The translations under genes and the position numbers were made by a program. Below the pieces are notes generated by a model. That model had not been told where the DNA came from. It did no database searches and worked only from the letters and a program-made list of their open reading frames with translations. Of a stretch of 64,000 nucleotides of DNA, positions 35,072 to 44,480 are shown one piece after another. The stretch is from NCBI GenBank assembly GCA_035533295.1, contig DATLUA010000054.1:5002-69001 (forward strand), written 5' to 3'. The stretch comes from Elusimicrobiota bacterium (GTDB taxonomy: Bacteria; Elusimicrobiota; Elusimicrobia; UBA1565; UBA9628). The stretch's first letter is position 1. Every line of letters begins with the position of its first letter.

Positions 35072-35896
35072 TTATGCCGCGCCGCGGCGGCGCTCGGCCA
35101 GGGCCCAGAGCCAGCGGTCCTCGCGGTTTAAGTCCTCATCGGACTCGTGGCCCAAATCACGCAGAGGCTTGCCGTCGAGCAGAAGCCGCGCGCCGCGGTT
35201 CAAGGTCGCGGCCGTCGCGCGCTTGGCGATTTCGCCGAATAGAATCTTGAAGTTGGCCGCGGCGCCGTAGGTCTTAAGCGCCCCTAGGCTCGTGTAGTCG
35301 AAGCTGTCCGCGATTACGCGCAGGCATAGTCCGGGCGCGACCATATCGAAGACCAGCGTGATGTCCGAGGTGCGCACGACCTTGGTCTCCTCCTTTTTTC
35401 CCCCGCCCAGCATGGGAATGCCGGTGACCAAGGTCAGGCCCAGCTTCAAGGCTTCCTTGCCCAGGTCCATCTCGGGCGCGATCTTAATCGTTCGGGTGAC
35501 GGTCTGCGGCAAGGACGCGGCGGCCAAGACCGCGATGTCCGCCCAGGCCACCGGCTCCAACGCCGCGCCGCCCGCTACCGTGCGCAGCTCTGCGTCATCC
35601 CAAGAAAGGCTCTTGGTCGCCAAGGCGCGCGGCGGCGGCAAGATGAGGCGCTGCGCCACCGGCACGGCGGGCAGGCCGTTCTCGGCCAAGCTCAGGGATA
35701 AATCGTCCGCGGCTCGACGGTCCAAATTTTCCGCCAGGACGCCCCAGGCGCGGCGGGCGCGCGCGATTTGATCCACGGCCGGGGTCTTCAAGGCCGAGGC
35801 CAGGGCCTTGGCCGCGGCGGCCGCGTTCCAGGCTTCGGACTCGGCCGCGACGACCGCGAAGCGTTCCGCCTCGGCTGTTTGTTCGCCGTCGCTCAT
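35072..35896 (-). CDS. Hypothetical protein (274 aa)
   Basis: In-frame ATG 35896 (MSDGEQTAEAERF...). High third-position GC. The track ORF extends to 36337 only as antisense of the DEAD-box gene. Confidence 0.5.
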   Translation of the reverse strand: MSDGEQTAEAERFAVVAAESEAWNAAAAAKALASALKTPAVDQIARARRAWGVLAENLDRRAADDLSLSLAENGLPAVPVAQRLILPPPRALATKSLSWDDAELRTVAGGAALEPVAWADIAVLAAASLPQTVTRTIKIAPEMDLGKEALKLGLTLVTGIPMLGGGKKEETKVVRTSDITLVFDMVAPGLCLRVIADSFDYTSLGALKTYGAAANFKILFGEIAKRATAATLNRGARLLLDGKPLRDLGHESDEDLNREDRWLWALAERRRGAA

Positions 35897-35926
35897 AAGA
35901 TGATGATAATAAACTATAATAAGCCA

Positions 35927-37132
35927 ATGTCTTTCCAGAATATGAACCTTCATGCGGATCTCATGCGCGGCGTGCGCGCCATGGGCTATGTCGATCCCAC
36001 GCCGATTCAAACCCAGGCCATCCCCGTCGCGCTGGAAGGCCGGGACATCCTCGGCTGCGCGCAGACGGGCAGCGGCAAGACCGCGGCCTACGCGTTGCCG
36101 GTGCTCCAGCACCTCCTGCACAAGCCGGGGCCGGGCGTGCGCGCGCTCATTTTGGTGCCCACTCGCGAGCTCGCGGCGCAAGTCGAGACCTCTTTTCGCG
36201 ATTGCGGGCGCTTCACCCCCTTCAAGATTGCGGTGGTCATCGGCGGCGTGGGCTACCATGGGCAAAAGCAAGCGTTGGCTCAGGGCGCGTCTATTGTTGT
36301 GGCGACGCCGGGACGCTTGAAGGATCACATCCAGCAAGGCACGATTCGCTTGGACCGCATCGACATGCTGGTCCTAGACGAAGCCGACCGCATGCTGGAC
36401 ATGGGATTTTTGCCCGACATCCGCGCCATCATCGGCCGCCTGCCCAAGAACCGCCAGACCATGATGTTCTCGGCGACCTTGGGCCCGGACATCGATCGCG
36501 TGGCGGCGTTCGCCATGAAAGACCCGCGGCGCGTGGAAATCGCCAAGCCCACCACCGTGGCCACGGGCATCAACCAGATTGTCTATCCTGTCAACCAAGG
36601 CCAAAAGGGCGAGCTCTTGGTCGCCGTCTTGCAGGCCGCGCAGATCCGCTCGGCGGTGGTGTTCTGCCGCACCAAGCACGGCGCCGACCGCCTGTCCAAG
36701 CGCTTGAAGGAAAAAGGATTTTCCATCGGCGTGCTGCACGCCGACCGCACCCAGGGCCAGAGGACGCAGGCCATGGATTCATTCCGCGAGGGCAAAACCC
36801 AAATTCTAGTCGCCACCGACATCGCGGCGCGAGGCATCGACGTGCGCGATATCAGCCACGTGGTCAACTACGACGTGCCGCGCCACCCGGAGGACTACGT
36901 CCACCGCGTGGGCCGCACGGCGCGCGCCCAGGGCGTGGGTGACGCCATCACCTTGATGACGCCGGACGAGCAGCCCTTTTTGAGTTCGATTGAGCGCTTC
37001 GTGGGGACGGTGTTTCCCCGCGCTGTGCTGCCCAACTTTACCTACACGATAAAACCCGTGCTCACTCCGCCGCGGCCCAAGACCTTCCGCGACATGAACT
37101 GGAGCCGGTTCAAGAGACGCTCCCGCCGCTAA
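35927..37132 (+). CDS. DEAD-box ATP-dependent RNA helicase (RhlE-like)
   Basis: Q motif (GYVDPTPIQTQAIP), motif I AQTGSGKTAAY, motif II VLDEADRML, SAT, motif VI HRVGRTARA. Start ATG 35927. Confidence 0.92.
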   Translation: MSFQNMNLHADLMRGVRAMGYVDPTPIQTQAIPVALEGRDILGCAQTGSGKTAAYALPVLQHLLHKPGPGVRALILVPTRELAAQVETSFRDCGRFTPFKIAVVIGGVGYHGQKQALAQGASIVVATPGRLKDHIQQGTIRLDRIDMLVLDEADRMLDMGFLPDIRAIIGRLPKNRQTMMFSATLGPDIDRVAAFAMKDPRRVEIAKPTTVATGINQIVYPVNQGQKGELLVAVLQAAQIRSAVVFCRTKHGADRLSKRLKEKGFSIGVLHADRTQGQRTQAMDSFREGKTQILVATDIAARGIDVRDISHVVNYDVPRHPEDYVHRVGRTARAQGVGDAITLMTPDEQPFLSSIERFVGTVFPRAVLPNFTYTIKPVLTPPRPKTFRDMNWSRFKRRSRR

Positions 37133-37188
37133 GCCGCCAAACGCCGCCAAAAAAAACATCGCCAAAAAAACGCCGGAGGTGCCCCTCG

Positions 37189-37995
37189 ATGAAAGCCATC
37201 CCCAGCAAATTCTGCAACCGCTTCAAAGTGCTCTCCGCGTTGCTCGCGCCCGGCGCCGTCCTGGTTTTCTCCCTGGGATTGGCCGGCTGCGGCTACAACA
37301 TCGCGCCCCCGCCGCCGGTCTCCATGCCGCAATCGAACGAGGCGCCCCTGCCGACGCGCGCGGCCCTGCTCAACGTGGTCATCCAGGACGGCCAGCCGGA
37401 CGAAATCGACCAGAAGTCGAACGAAATCCTGACCGCGCTCAAGCAGACCGGCGTGTTCAAGGACGTCGAGCGCGCGGGCCAGGGCAGCGTGCTCGGCGCG
37501 AACCTTGTCCTCAGAACTTCTTATCTTGATAAAACGGATCAAAATCCCATTAGTTTTATTATTCCGCCCTGCATCGTTCCGTTTATTGATTTCTGCATAC
37601 TGCCCCTGGGTCAGGCGAGCAACGACATCAGCGCGGAGGTGCACCTGGAGGTGGACAACACACAGGGAGTCATGCTCAAGAGTTATTCTGAAACGTCCAA
37701 GGGCCAGTGCAGCTACTGGCCGTTTCCGGGGCTCTTCCCCTTCAACCTGTTCCTGATTCCTACGGTGGTCCACTGCACGGACGACGCCGGGCCGGAAGCG
37801 GCGTTCCAGATGGCGATGGCCCAAATCGCGAAGGACTTAATCGGAGATCGCGACGACTTGGCGGACTTGATGCGCCAAAGCGCGGCGGCGGCGCCCGCGG
37901 TCGCGCCCGAGCAGGCTCCGGCGCAAAACCAGGCTCCTTCGGACTCCCCCTCCCCGGCCGCGCCCGCGCAAAAGCCCTGGTGGCAGCAACAGTAG
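37189..37995 (+). CDS. Lipoprotein, function unknown
   Basis: Lipobox ...VLVFSLGLAGCGYN; SD ggaggtg 8 nt upstream; C-terminal Ala/Pro/Gln-rich tail. Confidence 0.6.
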   Translation: MKAIPSKFCNRFKVLSALLAPGAVLVFSLGLAGCGYNIAPPPPVSMPQSNEAPLPTRAALLNVVIQDGQPDEIDQKSNEILTALKQTGVFKDVERAGQGSVLGANLVLRTSYLDKTDQNPISFIIPPCIVPFIDFCILPLGQASNDISAEVHLEVDNTQGVMLKSYSETSKGQCSYWPFPGLFPFNLFLIPTVVHCTDDAGPEAAFQMAMAQIAKDLIGDRDDLADLMRQSAAAAPAVAPEQAPAQNQAPSDSPSPAAPAQKPWWQQQ

Positions 37996-38040
37996 CCTAG
38001 CACCCTGGCGGACGGGCCGGAAAGGGGTTATACTCCCATC

Positions 38041-38439
38041 ATGGCCGGCAAGGTCATGATTGTGGACGACGACGCGGACGTCCGCAAGACCCTTTCCTAT
38101 GTGCTTGACGGCTGCTGCGAGGCCATTATCGAAGCGGCCGGCGGCGAGGAAGCGTTGGGAATTTTTGCCTCCGCCGATCCCGCCCTGGTGCTCCTGGACG
38201 TATCCATGCCCGGCATGGGCGGCCTCGAAGTTCTTTCCACGCTGCACGCCTTGCGGCCCGCTCTGCCCATCATCATGCTGACCAGCGCCGACGACGTGGT
38301 CACGGCCAAGATGGCGCTGGACCTGGGCGCGGTCATGTACATGACCAAGCCCTACGACGTGAACGCGCTTAAGAAGGAAGTCCTCGTCCTGTTGAACGCC
38401 GAGCCGCCCGATCCGCTGCCCTGGAAGGTCAGCGGCTAG
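38041..38439 (+). CDS. Single-domain response regulator (CheY-like receiver)
   Basis: KVMIVDDDADVRKTL...LVLLDVSMPGMGGLEVL...IIMLTSADD...YMTKPYD: acidic pocket DD, phospho-Asp (LLD), T and K all present. Confidence 0.88.
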   Translation: MAGKVMIVDDDADVRKTLSYVLDGCCEAIIEAAGGEEALGIFASADPALVLLDVSMPGMGGLEVLSTLHALRPALPIIMLTSADDVVTAKMALDLGAVMYMTKPYDVNALKKEVLVLLNAEPPDPLPWKVSG

Positions 38440-39035
38440 AAGAGCGGATTCCAAACGGGCTTGGAGAATCGTCCAAGCCAGAATCCGACGGCGTATTTCT
38501 CGGCGTAGCGGGTCATCTGCCTTTTGGTGTGCTTCCCGTAGCCCGGATCGGAAACGACCGTCATGGCGCCGTCAGGACGGATATTCACGGTCATCTGAAG
38601 GGAGGAAAATTTGTCGAAGAGGCATTTTCCCGTGCCTAAGAACCGGGTGGTGCACTTGGTCTCGATTTTCCAAGGGCTAACGCCTATGACGATTGATTTG
38701 AGAACGAACTTGCCGCCCTTGTTGAGGCCGTCGACTTTGATGTCGCAGCGGGTATGCCACCAGCGGCCTTTTGCCCAGGCGCCGCCGTTTTTTTCGTATA
38801 TTTTTTGAGCGGCGCTCGCGAGTTCGGACATGGTCTTCGGATCAAGCGTCGCTTCCGCTTGATTCTGGCTTTGCTCGAAAGCGGCCTCGGTGCGGGCGGC
38901 CAGGGCCGCCGCGGCGGACGCTGAACGGGAAAAAAGAGCCGCGCCTGACACGCTATCCGCGGCTTGGCTTACTCCAGCCGCGGCGACCGTCAAAGAAATC
39001 GAGAGGGCGAATAAAAACGGCGTTCCTATTTTCAT
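38436..39035 (-). CDS. Secreted Cys-containing hypothetical protein
   Basis: ATG 39035: MKIGTPFLFALSISLTVAAAGVSQA signal peptide. 199 aa, four Cys, ends ...WNPLF. Visibly lower GC than its neighbours. Confidence 0.5.
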   Translation of the reverse strand: MKIGTPFLFALSISLTVAAAGVSQAADSVSGAALFSRSASAAAALAARTEAAFEQSQNQAEATLDPKTMSELASAAQKIYEKNGGAWAKGRWWHTRCDIKVDGLNKGGKFVLKSIVIGVSPWKIETKCTTRFLGTGKCLFDKFSSLQMTVNIRPDGAMTVVSDPGYGKHTKRQMTRYAEKYAVGFWLGRFSKPVWNPLF

Positions 39036-39105
39036 GGCATTATTGTAGGAGGTATCTTCGCTCCGTCCAAGAGTCTTTGGTCTTTTTAGGCAGGGCCCAA
39101 AAGGC

Positions 39106-40797
39106 CTAGTCGCGGGTGAGCTTCTTGTAGCGGATGCGCTTAGGCTGGGCGTCTCCCACGCGCGCCTTGCGGTCTTCCTCGTAGGCCTGGTAGTTGCCCT
39201 CGAACCATACCACTTGGGAGTCTCCCTCGAAGGCAAGAATGTGCGTGGCGATGCGGTCTAAAAACCATCGGTCGTGCGTGATGACCACGGCGCAGCCCGC
39301 GAAGTTGGTGATGGCCTCTTCGAGCGCGCGCAGGGTGTGCACGTCCAAGTCGTTGGTGGGCTCGTCCAGCAGGAGCACGTTGGCGCCTTCGCGCAGCATG
39401 CGCGCCATGTGCACGCGGTTTCTCTCGCCGCCGGAAAGATTCTTGACCAGCTTCTGCTGGTCCTGCCCGGCGAAATTGAAGCGGCCAACGTAGGAGCGCG
39501 ACGGCATCTGCACTTCGCCCAGGCTCACCACGTCCAGGCCGTCCGAGATGACTTCCCACACGTTTTCCTCGCCGTTTAATTCCCGGCCCTGGTCCACATA
39601 GCCGAGTTTGACCGTTGGGCCGACCGCGAAGGAGCCGGCGTCGGCCGTCTCCTTGCCGGTGATGAGCTTGAAGAGCGTGGTTTTGCCCGCGCCGTTGGCG
39701 CCGATGACGCCCACGACGGCGTTGGGCGGCAGGCGGAAGGACAAATCGTCGAAGAGCACCTTGTCGCCGTAGGCCTTCGTCACGCCCTTGGCCTCGATGA
39801 CCACATCGCCCAGGCGCGGGCCCGGCGGGATGTAAATCTCCAGCTCGTCCGCAACTTTTTCTTTTTTCGAATCCTCGAGCATCTTGTCGTAGGCGGAGAG
39901 ACGCGCCTTGCTCTTGGCCTGACGCCCCTTGGCGCCGGAGCGGACCCATTCGAGCTCCTTGGCCAAGGTCTTTTGCAGCTTGCCCTCGGATTTGGCTTCC
40001 TGCGCCAGGCGCGCCTGCTTCTGCTCCAGCCACGAGGCGTAGTTTCCTTTATAGGGGATGCCCTCGCCGCGGTTTAATTCCAAAATCCAGCCGGCCACGT
40101 TGTCCAAAAAATAGCGGTCGTGCGTGACCGCGATGACCGTGCCCCCGTACTGGCGCAAGTGCTGTTCCAGCCATTCCACGGACTCGGCGTCCAAGTGGTT
40201 GGTGGGCTCGTCTAAAAGCAGGATGTCGGGCTTGGATAAAAGCAGGCGGCACAGGGCCACGCGGCGCTTCTCGCCGCCGGAGAGCTCGCCGCACTTCTGA
40301 TCCTCGGGTGGGCAGCGCAGCGCGTCCATGGCCACGGCCAGGGTGTTGTCGATTTCCCAGGCGCCGGCCGCTTCAATTTTTTCTTGGAGTTTGCCCTGCT
40401 TGTCCAGGAGCTTCTCCATGTCCTCGGGCGATAAATCCGGCGAGCCGAGCTTGTCGCTCACGGCGTTGAACTCATTGAGCAGCTTCATGGTTTCGCCCAC
40501 GCCCTCGGCCACCGTCTCCTTGACGGTTTTGTCGGGGTCGAGCTTGGGCTCCTGCTCCAGAAGCCCGACGGTGTAGCCCTTGGACTGGGTGATTTCCCCG
40601 GTGTAGTCGGGGTCTTGCCCCGCCATGATGCGCAGTAACGTTGATTTGCCCGAGCCGTTGTCTCCCAGCACGCCGATTTTAGCGCCGTAATAAAAGGAAA
40701 GGTAGATGCCCTTCAAGACCTGCTTCTTGGGCGGGTGGATGCGCCCGACGTCTATCAAGGAATAGATGATCTGCTTGCTGTCGACGGTGGTAGCCAT
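39106..40797 (-). CDS. ettA: Energy-dependent translational throttle protein EttA (ABC-F ATPase)
   Basis: 563 aa. MATTVDSKQIIYSLIDVGRIHPPKKQVLKGIYLSFYYGAKIGVLGDNGSGKSTLLRIMAG... Two ABC cassettes (LSGGEKRRVAL, LSGGERNRVHM), no TM. Near-full-length resemblance to E. coli EttA/YjjK. Confidence 0.93.
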   Translation of the reverse strand: MATTVDSKQIIYSLIDVGRIHPPKKQVLKGIYLSFYYGAKIGVLGDNGSGKSTLLRIMAGQDPDYTGEITQSKGYTVGLLEQEPKLDPDKTVKETVAEGVGETMKLLNEFNAVSDKLGSPDLSPEDMEKLLDKQGKLQEKIEAAGAWEIDNTLAVAMDALRCPPEDQKCGELSGGEKRRVALCRLLLSKPDILLLDEPTNHLDAESVEWLEQHLRQYGGTVIAVTHDRYFLDNVAGWILELNRGEGIPYKGNYASWLEQKQARLAQEAKSEGKLQKTLAKELEWVRSGAKGRQAKSKARLSAYDKMLEDSKKEKVADELEIYIPPGPRLGDVVIEAKGVTKAYGDKVLFDDLSFRLPPNAVVGVIGANGAGKTTLFKLITGKETADAGSFAVGPTVKLGYVDQGRELNGEENVWEVISDGLDVVSLGEVQMPSRSYVGRFNFAGQDQQKLVKNLSGGERNRVHMARMLREGANVLLLDEPTNDLDVHTLRALEEAITNFAGCAVVITHDRWFLDRIATHILAFEGDSQVVWFEGNYQAYEEDRKARVGDAQPKRIRYKKLTRD

Positions 40798-40830
40798 GGC
40801 GCTATGATAACAAATCGCCTTGCGCGGAGG

Positions 40831-41934
40831 CTATTTCCGGCGCTTGGAACGGCGGCGCAGGACGAAAATAATCACGGCGGCGAGAATGAGGAGCAGAACC
40901 GCCGCGCCGATTTCGGCGGATTCACCCCAAGTCCAGGACGGCAGAGACGGCGTCGCCGCCACCAAGCCGGGGATGGCCGAGGATCCCAGCGTCAGGCTGG
41001 AAAAAAGCTCCCGCACCAGCTCCTCGGCGTTGGGTCCGCTGGCCAGCACGGAGTAGCCCAGATACGTCCAAGGCAGATACCCCACCACGTATTGCCCACC
41101 GTTCGATTTGTCTTGGGCCGCGGCGTAGATAAGCGTCGGGCCCGCCGGGGTCGGCAAAAAACGCGCCGCGTCGGCCGTCTTCGCGTCGGCTTCGGGGATT
41201 TCCCGCGTCATCTGCAGGACCACGTCGGGCTCTTCCGCGATGGGCACGTTCTCCGCGTCCTTGGCCTTGGTGACGCTGACCCGAGAACCCAGGGCCTTGG
41301 CCTCGAAGACGACGTCGGGGTCGGCGGCCTGCGCGAGGGCGTCCGGGACGCGCTGCCAATCGGGCTTCAAGGTGAAGGCCAGTTGGCCGTCCGAGCTCTG
41401 CCCCGCGGCTGGGCCCGCCGGCGCGGCGTTAGACGCGGAAACTCCCGGGGCGTTCAGGGATCCCACGATGGCGGGAAGCATCAAATCCGGGATGTTGCTG
41501 ATGAGCGTTCCGATGAAGTTCTTGTTGCCCACCTGCAGGGCGGCCAGGATGAGCGGCGGCTTGCCGGGCGCGGTGGCCTTCAGGTAGTGCGCGGTCAAGC
41601 CGTTGGAAAAGGTCTGGTTCTGCACGTCTCCCGCCGCGGTGAAATTGGCGAGCGTCCTGCGGTTGAAGGCGTCCAGGACGTCGGCCAAAAAGGCGCTCAA
41701 GCCCGGCCGGTCGGTCATGTCCACGGCCGCGGGGCTCAGAGCCAGGATAAACGAGCTTTGCGAGGGGCCCTTGAGGGCGATGACCACGGGCGCCGTGGCG
41801 CTTTGCACCTGCTGCCAGCCGGGCGGCACGGCCACGGTGATGGGCGAAATGGCGCGGGCGCGCACGGCGCCGATTAAAAGCGCCGCGGCCAGCGCAAAAA
41901 ACGCCGCCGTTTTTTTTGCGCTCGCCGCGATCAT
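40831..41934 (-). CDS. Secreted hypothetical protein with a C-terminal TM helix and basic tail
   Basis: Signal peptide (FFALAAALLIGAVRARA). C-terminus ...SLPSWTWGESAEIGAAVLLLILAAVIIFVLRRRSKRRK. Confidence 0.5.
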   Translation of the reverse strand: MIAASAKKTAAFFALAAALLIGAVRARAISPITVAVPPGWQQVQSATAPVVIALKGPSQSSFILALSPAAVDMTDRPGLSAFLADVLDAFNRRTLANFTAAGDVQNQTFSNGLTAHYLKATAPGKPPLILAALQVGNKNFIGTLISNIPDLMLPAIVGSLNAPGVSASNAAPAGPAAGQSSDGQLAFTLKPDWQRVPDALAQAADPDVVFEAKALGSRVSVTKAKDAENVPIAEEPDVVLQMTREIPEADAKTADAARFLPTPAGPTLIYAAAQDKSNGGQYVVGYLPWTYLGYSVLASGPNAEELVRELFSSLTLGSSAIPGLVAATPSLPSWTWGESAEIGAAVLLLILAAVIIFVLRRRSKRRK

Positions 41935-41961
41935 CTTGTGGACATTTTATCAGATCGGCCC

Positions 41962-41990
41962 TTGACAAAAACGAGCCGAAGGCTTATATT
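41962..41990 (+). promoter_or_regulatory. Near-consensus sigma70 promoter TTGACA-17 nt-TATATT
   Basis: TTGACA 41962-41967, 17-nt spacer, TATATT 41985-41990. In-frame GTG at 41997, 6 nt after the -10. Confidence 0.6.
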
Positions 41991-41996
41991 CGTTTT

Positions 41997-43793
41997 GTGA
42001 GTTTTAGGACCGCTGCGTTGCTCATTCTCGCTTTCGCGCCGGCCGCCTCCGCCGGCGCTTCTTTTTGCACGGCTCCAATCTACCCTCCGGCGGCGGCGCT
42101 GGCCGCCGGAGCGTCCCAGGCGCCTTACGTCGTTTCTTCCGCCAAACCCGCGCTCTCCAAGGACGACCGCGACGAACTGGCCTCGCTGTGCTGGAGCATA
42201 GACAAAAAAACCGGGCGTGTTACGGGACCGGGCGGCGCCATTTTGACGCGGGGAGGGATGGACGCTTTTCTGGCCGATTACGACACGGACAAATATCCCT
42301 TGACGTCCGATGAAAAAAGCGGCCTCTACCTCGGCGGCCGCTGCCGCTTCGATCCGGGCCGCGTCCTGTGCAAGGACGACAAGGGCAAGGTCTCGACGCT
42401 TTCCTATCTAGATGAGGCGTCTTTTCGCCGCCAGCAGTCGCTGCAGCAGTCCGAAGAGCTGGCGGAGCGCATCGGCTCCTTTTTGGCCCAACAGCCGTCC
42501 GGCAAGCCCTTGAGCGCTGCGGCACTGGCCGAAATCGGGCAGATTTCCTTCAACATCACCGGGAAAAAGACCCTGCCGCAGGCTTTGGCCGGGATGATCA
42601 GCCTGCGCGCGAAGCTCCCCGCCGGGACGCTGCAGGGCGACTTCCAGAACGCGGCGCGCGACCTGACGCGCTTTTTCGACGGACAGGAGTCCGTCAAGGA
42701 TTTCACGCAGGCCAATAATTTCCCCGCGGTGCATACAGGAGAGTGGGGCGCCAAGGCGTCGCAGTCCTATTTCGACGGGACCGAGGCCAAGCTGGGCGCT
42801 TTATGCGCGGCCAAGACCCGGGCGATTTTATCCCAGAACCCCGTGGGCGCGGAGCTCATGAAACGCTTCAAGGACAACAACGGCGCGATCAAGCTGCCCG
42901 CCTTTCTGATCGGCAACTTGGGCGATTTCGACGCCGCGGCCTACATACCCGGCACGGACACGGTGGTCTTTAACCGGAAGTACATCCTCAACGATCCGGC
43001 GTTCAACACTCTTTCCAATTCCGACAAGCAGGCGCTCTACGATGACTCGAATAAGATGAATGGGTGGCTTCTGGCCCACCCGGCCGTTTTCGACAGCTTC
43101 ATCGGCAACAACGACTTCACCATCGCGCACGAGCTCACGCACGCGGCGCTCGACCGCGAAATTCCCACTGGCCCCTATACGCAGGCCGACATCCTGGAAA
43201 ACGAGCACGAGGCCTACACGACCCAGATGCGCTACATGATGGCGCAAATCCTGGCCCACCCAAAGGCGTCCCTGGCCAACCCAAATTACGAGAGCTGGAT
43301 GCCGGAGCTCCAATCCATGCTGGCCAGCTACAACCAGTTCCTCCAGGGCATCGATCAGCAGTATCTAAATGGAGACTCGGTCCAGGCAGCCAGCATTCCC
43401 ACCGCCAAGCAGATCGTGGACCGGGAGGAAAGCATGTCTTCGGCCATCGGCCGCCAGGTCCGCTCCCTGCTTCCCAAGGAACTGCTCAAAATACTCGGCC
43501 TCAAGGAGACCGGCGCGGCCTTGGGGCAGTTTGAAAGCGACTACCAGGCGCGGACTAAAAAATTCCTGGGCGGCGACTATAAGAAAATGCAGAGCGAGGC
43601 CGAGGCCCGGTTTCCCGCCGTGGCCCAAGCGGCCTTGACGCGCAGCGCGAACGAATCGGCCGGCGCGGCCCAGAACGATTTGACGGGCGCCGACAGCCTG
43701 GCGGAAGCGGCCCTCGTGCTCGGCGCCAACGACGGCGCGCTCATCGCCCGCATTCAGGCCGCCGCGCAGCAAAAGGGCGTCATTTTGCCATGA
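41997..43793 (+). CDS. Secreted protein with an HExxH zinc-metallopeptidase-like motif
   Basis: GTG 41997 gives (M)SFRTAALLILAFAPAASAGA, a signal peptide. DFTIAHELTHAALDRE contains HExxH. No family recognised. The track ATG 41916 lies upstream of the promoter and inside the divergent gene. Confidence 0.55.
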   Translation: MSFRTAALLILAFAPAASAGASFCTAPIYPPAAALAAGASQAPYVVSSAKPALSKDDRDELASLCWSIDKKTGRVTGPGGAILTRGGMDAFLADYDTDKYPLTSDEKSGLYLGGRCRFDPGRVLCKDDKGKVSTLSYLDEASFRRQQSLQQSEELAERIGSFLAQQPSGKPLSAAALAEIGQISFNITGKKTLPQALAGMISLRAKLPAGTLQGDFQNAARDLTRFFDGQESVKDFTQANNFPAVHTGEWGAKASQSYFDGTEAKLGALCAAKTRAILSQNPVGAELMKRFKDNNGAIKLPAFLIGNLGDFDAAAYIPGTDTVVFNRKYILNDPAFNTLSNSDKQALYDDSNKMNGWLLAHPAVFDSFIGNNDFTIAHELTHAALDREIPTGPYTQADILENEHEAYTTQMRYMMAQILAHPKASLANPNYESWMPELQSMLASYNQFLQGIDQQYLNGDSVQAASIPTAKQIVDREESMSSAIGRQVRSLLPKELLKILGLKETGAALGQFESDYQARTKKFLGGDYKKMQSEAEARFPAVAQAALTRSANESAGAAQNDLTGADSLAEAALVLGANDGALIARIQAAAQQKGVILP

Positions 43794-44467
43794 GCCAAGC
43801 CTGCGTCCTTGACGCTTACGCATCTTCCCAAGCGCGGCAAGGACGCTCGCCCAAAACTTCCAGAGTCCGTAGGTTTTGGACGTCCCGAACCAACGCATTT
43901 CGGAAGCTCGGGACGCCCTCCGGGCTCGACCGCGTCCGGCGGCCTGCGGTCGTGGCGTGCCTGGCGGCGGCTATGACCTTGGCGGCCTGCTCGCGCACGG
44001 CCCCGAGCTTTCCCGGCGCGGTGACCTACCGGTCCCAATCGGACGGGTTTTCCTGCGACGTCCCCGGCGACTGGCGCGCCTTGGAAAACCAAGCCGGCTC
44101 CCTGGCGACTTTCTTCGGCCCCCCCGCGGGCGCTCATCCCGATTCCGCGTCCATCGCGGTTTACCGCTACACCCAGGCCGACTTCGCGGGCCCCGAGGAC
44201 TACTACCGCCGAGAAACGCTTTCCGCCGCGAGTTCGGTCCCCATGATCCAGGAGGACGTGGGCCGCGCCGACGCCTATTATTTCTCCATGGAATCTAAGC
44301 GCCCGAAAGTCCACTCGACCCAATTTGAGAAAATCAAGGAAGAGGATTATCTGATTTCCGCCAAGGGCGGCTTCTACGCGCTGGTTTACATGTGCCCGGA
44401 CGACGCCGTCAGCGAAAGCGAATCGGTGTTCCGCGACGTGGTGCAAAGCTTTACGCCCGCCCGCTGA
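43790..44467 (+). CDS. Lipoprotein, function unknown
   Basis: ...VVACLAAAMTLAACSRT lipobox. The start is uncertain and probably internal to the track ORF. ATGA overlap with the upstream gene if 43790 is used. Confidence 0.5.
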   Translation: MSQACVLDAYASSQARQGRSPKTSRVRRFWTSRTNAFRKLGTPSGLDRVRRPAVVACLAAAMTLAACSRTAPSFPGAVTYRSQSDGFSCDVPGDWRALENQAGSLATFFGPPAGAHPDSASIAVYRYTQADFAGPEDYYRRETLSAASSVPMIQEDVGRADAYYFSMESKRPKVHSTQFEKIKEEDYLISAKGGFYALVYMCPDDAVSESESVFRDVVQSFTPAR

Positions 44468-44480
44468 GGCGTCCTCCGGT

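Noticed and set aside
35897-36337. N-terminal extension of the minus-strand ORF 35072..36337
   Set aside because: It is antisense to the DEAD-box helicase N-terminus, which carries clear Q, I and Ia motifs. The internal ATG 35896 borders the AT-rich intergenic region.
41916-41996. ATG 41916 as the start of the HExxH protein
   Set aside because: It lies inside the divergent gene (start 41934) and upstream of a near-consensus promoter. The extra 27 residues (MRSPRSSCGHFIRSALDKNEPKAYIRF) precede rather than form the signal peptide.
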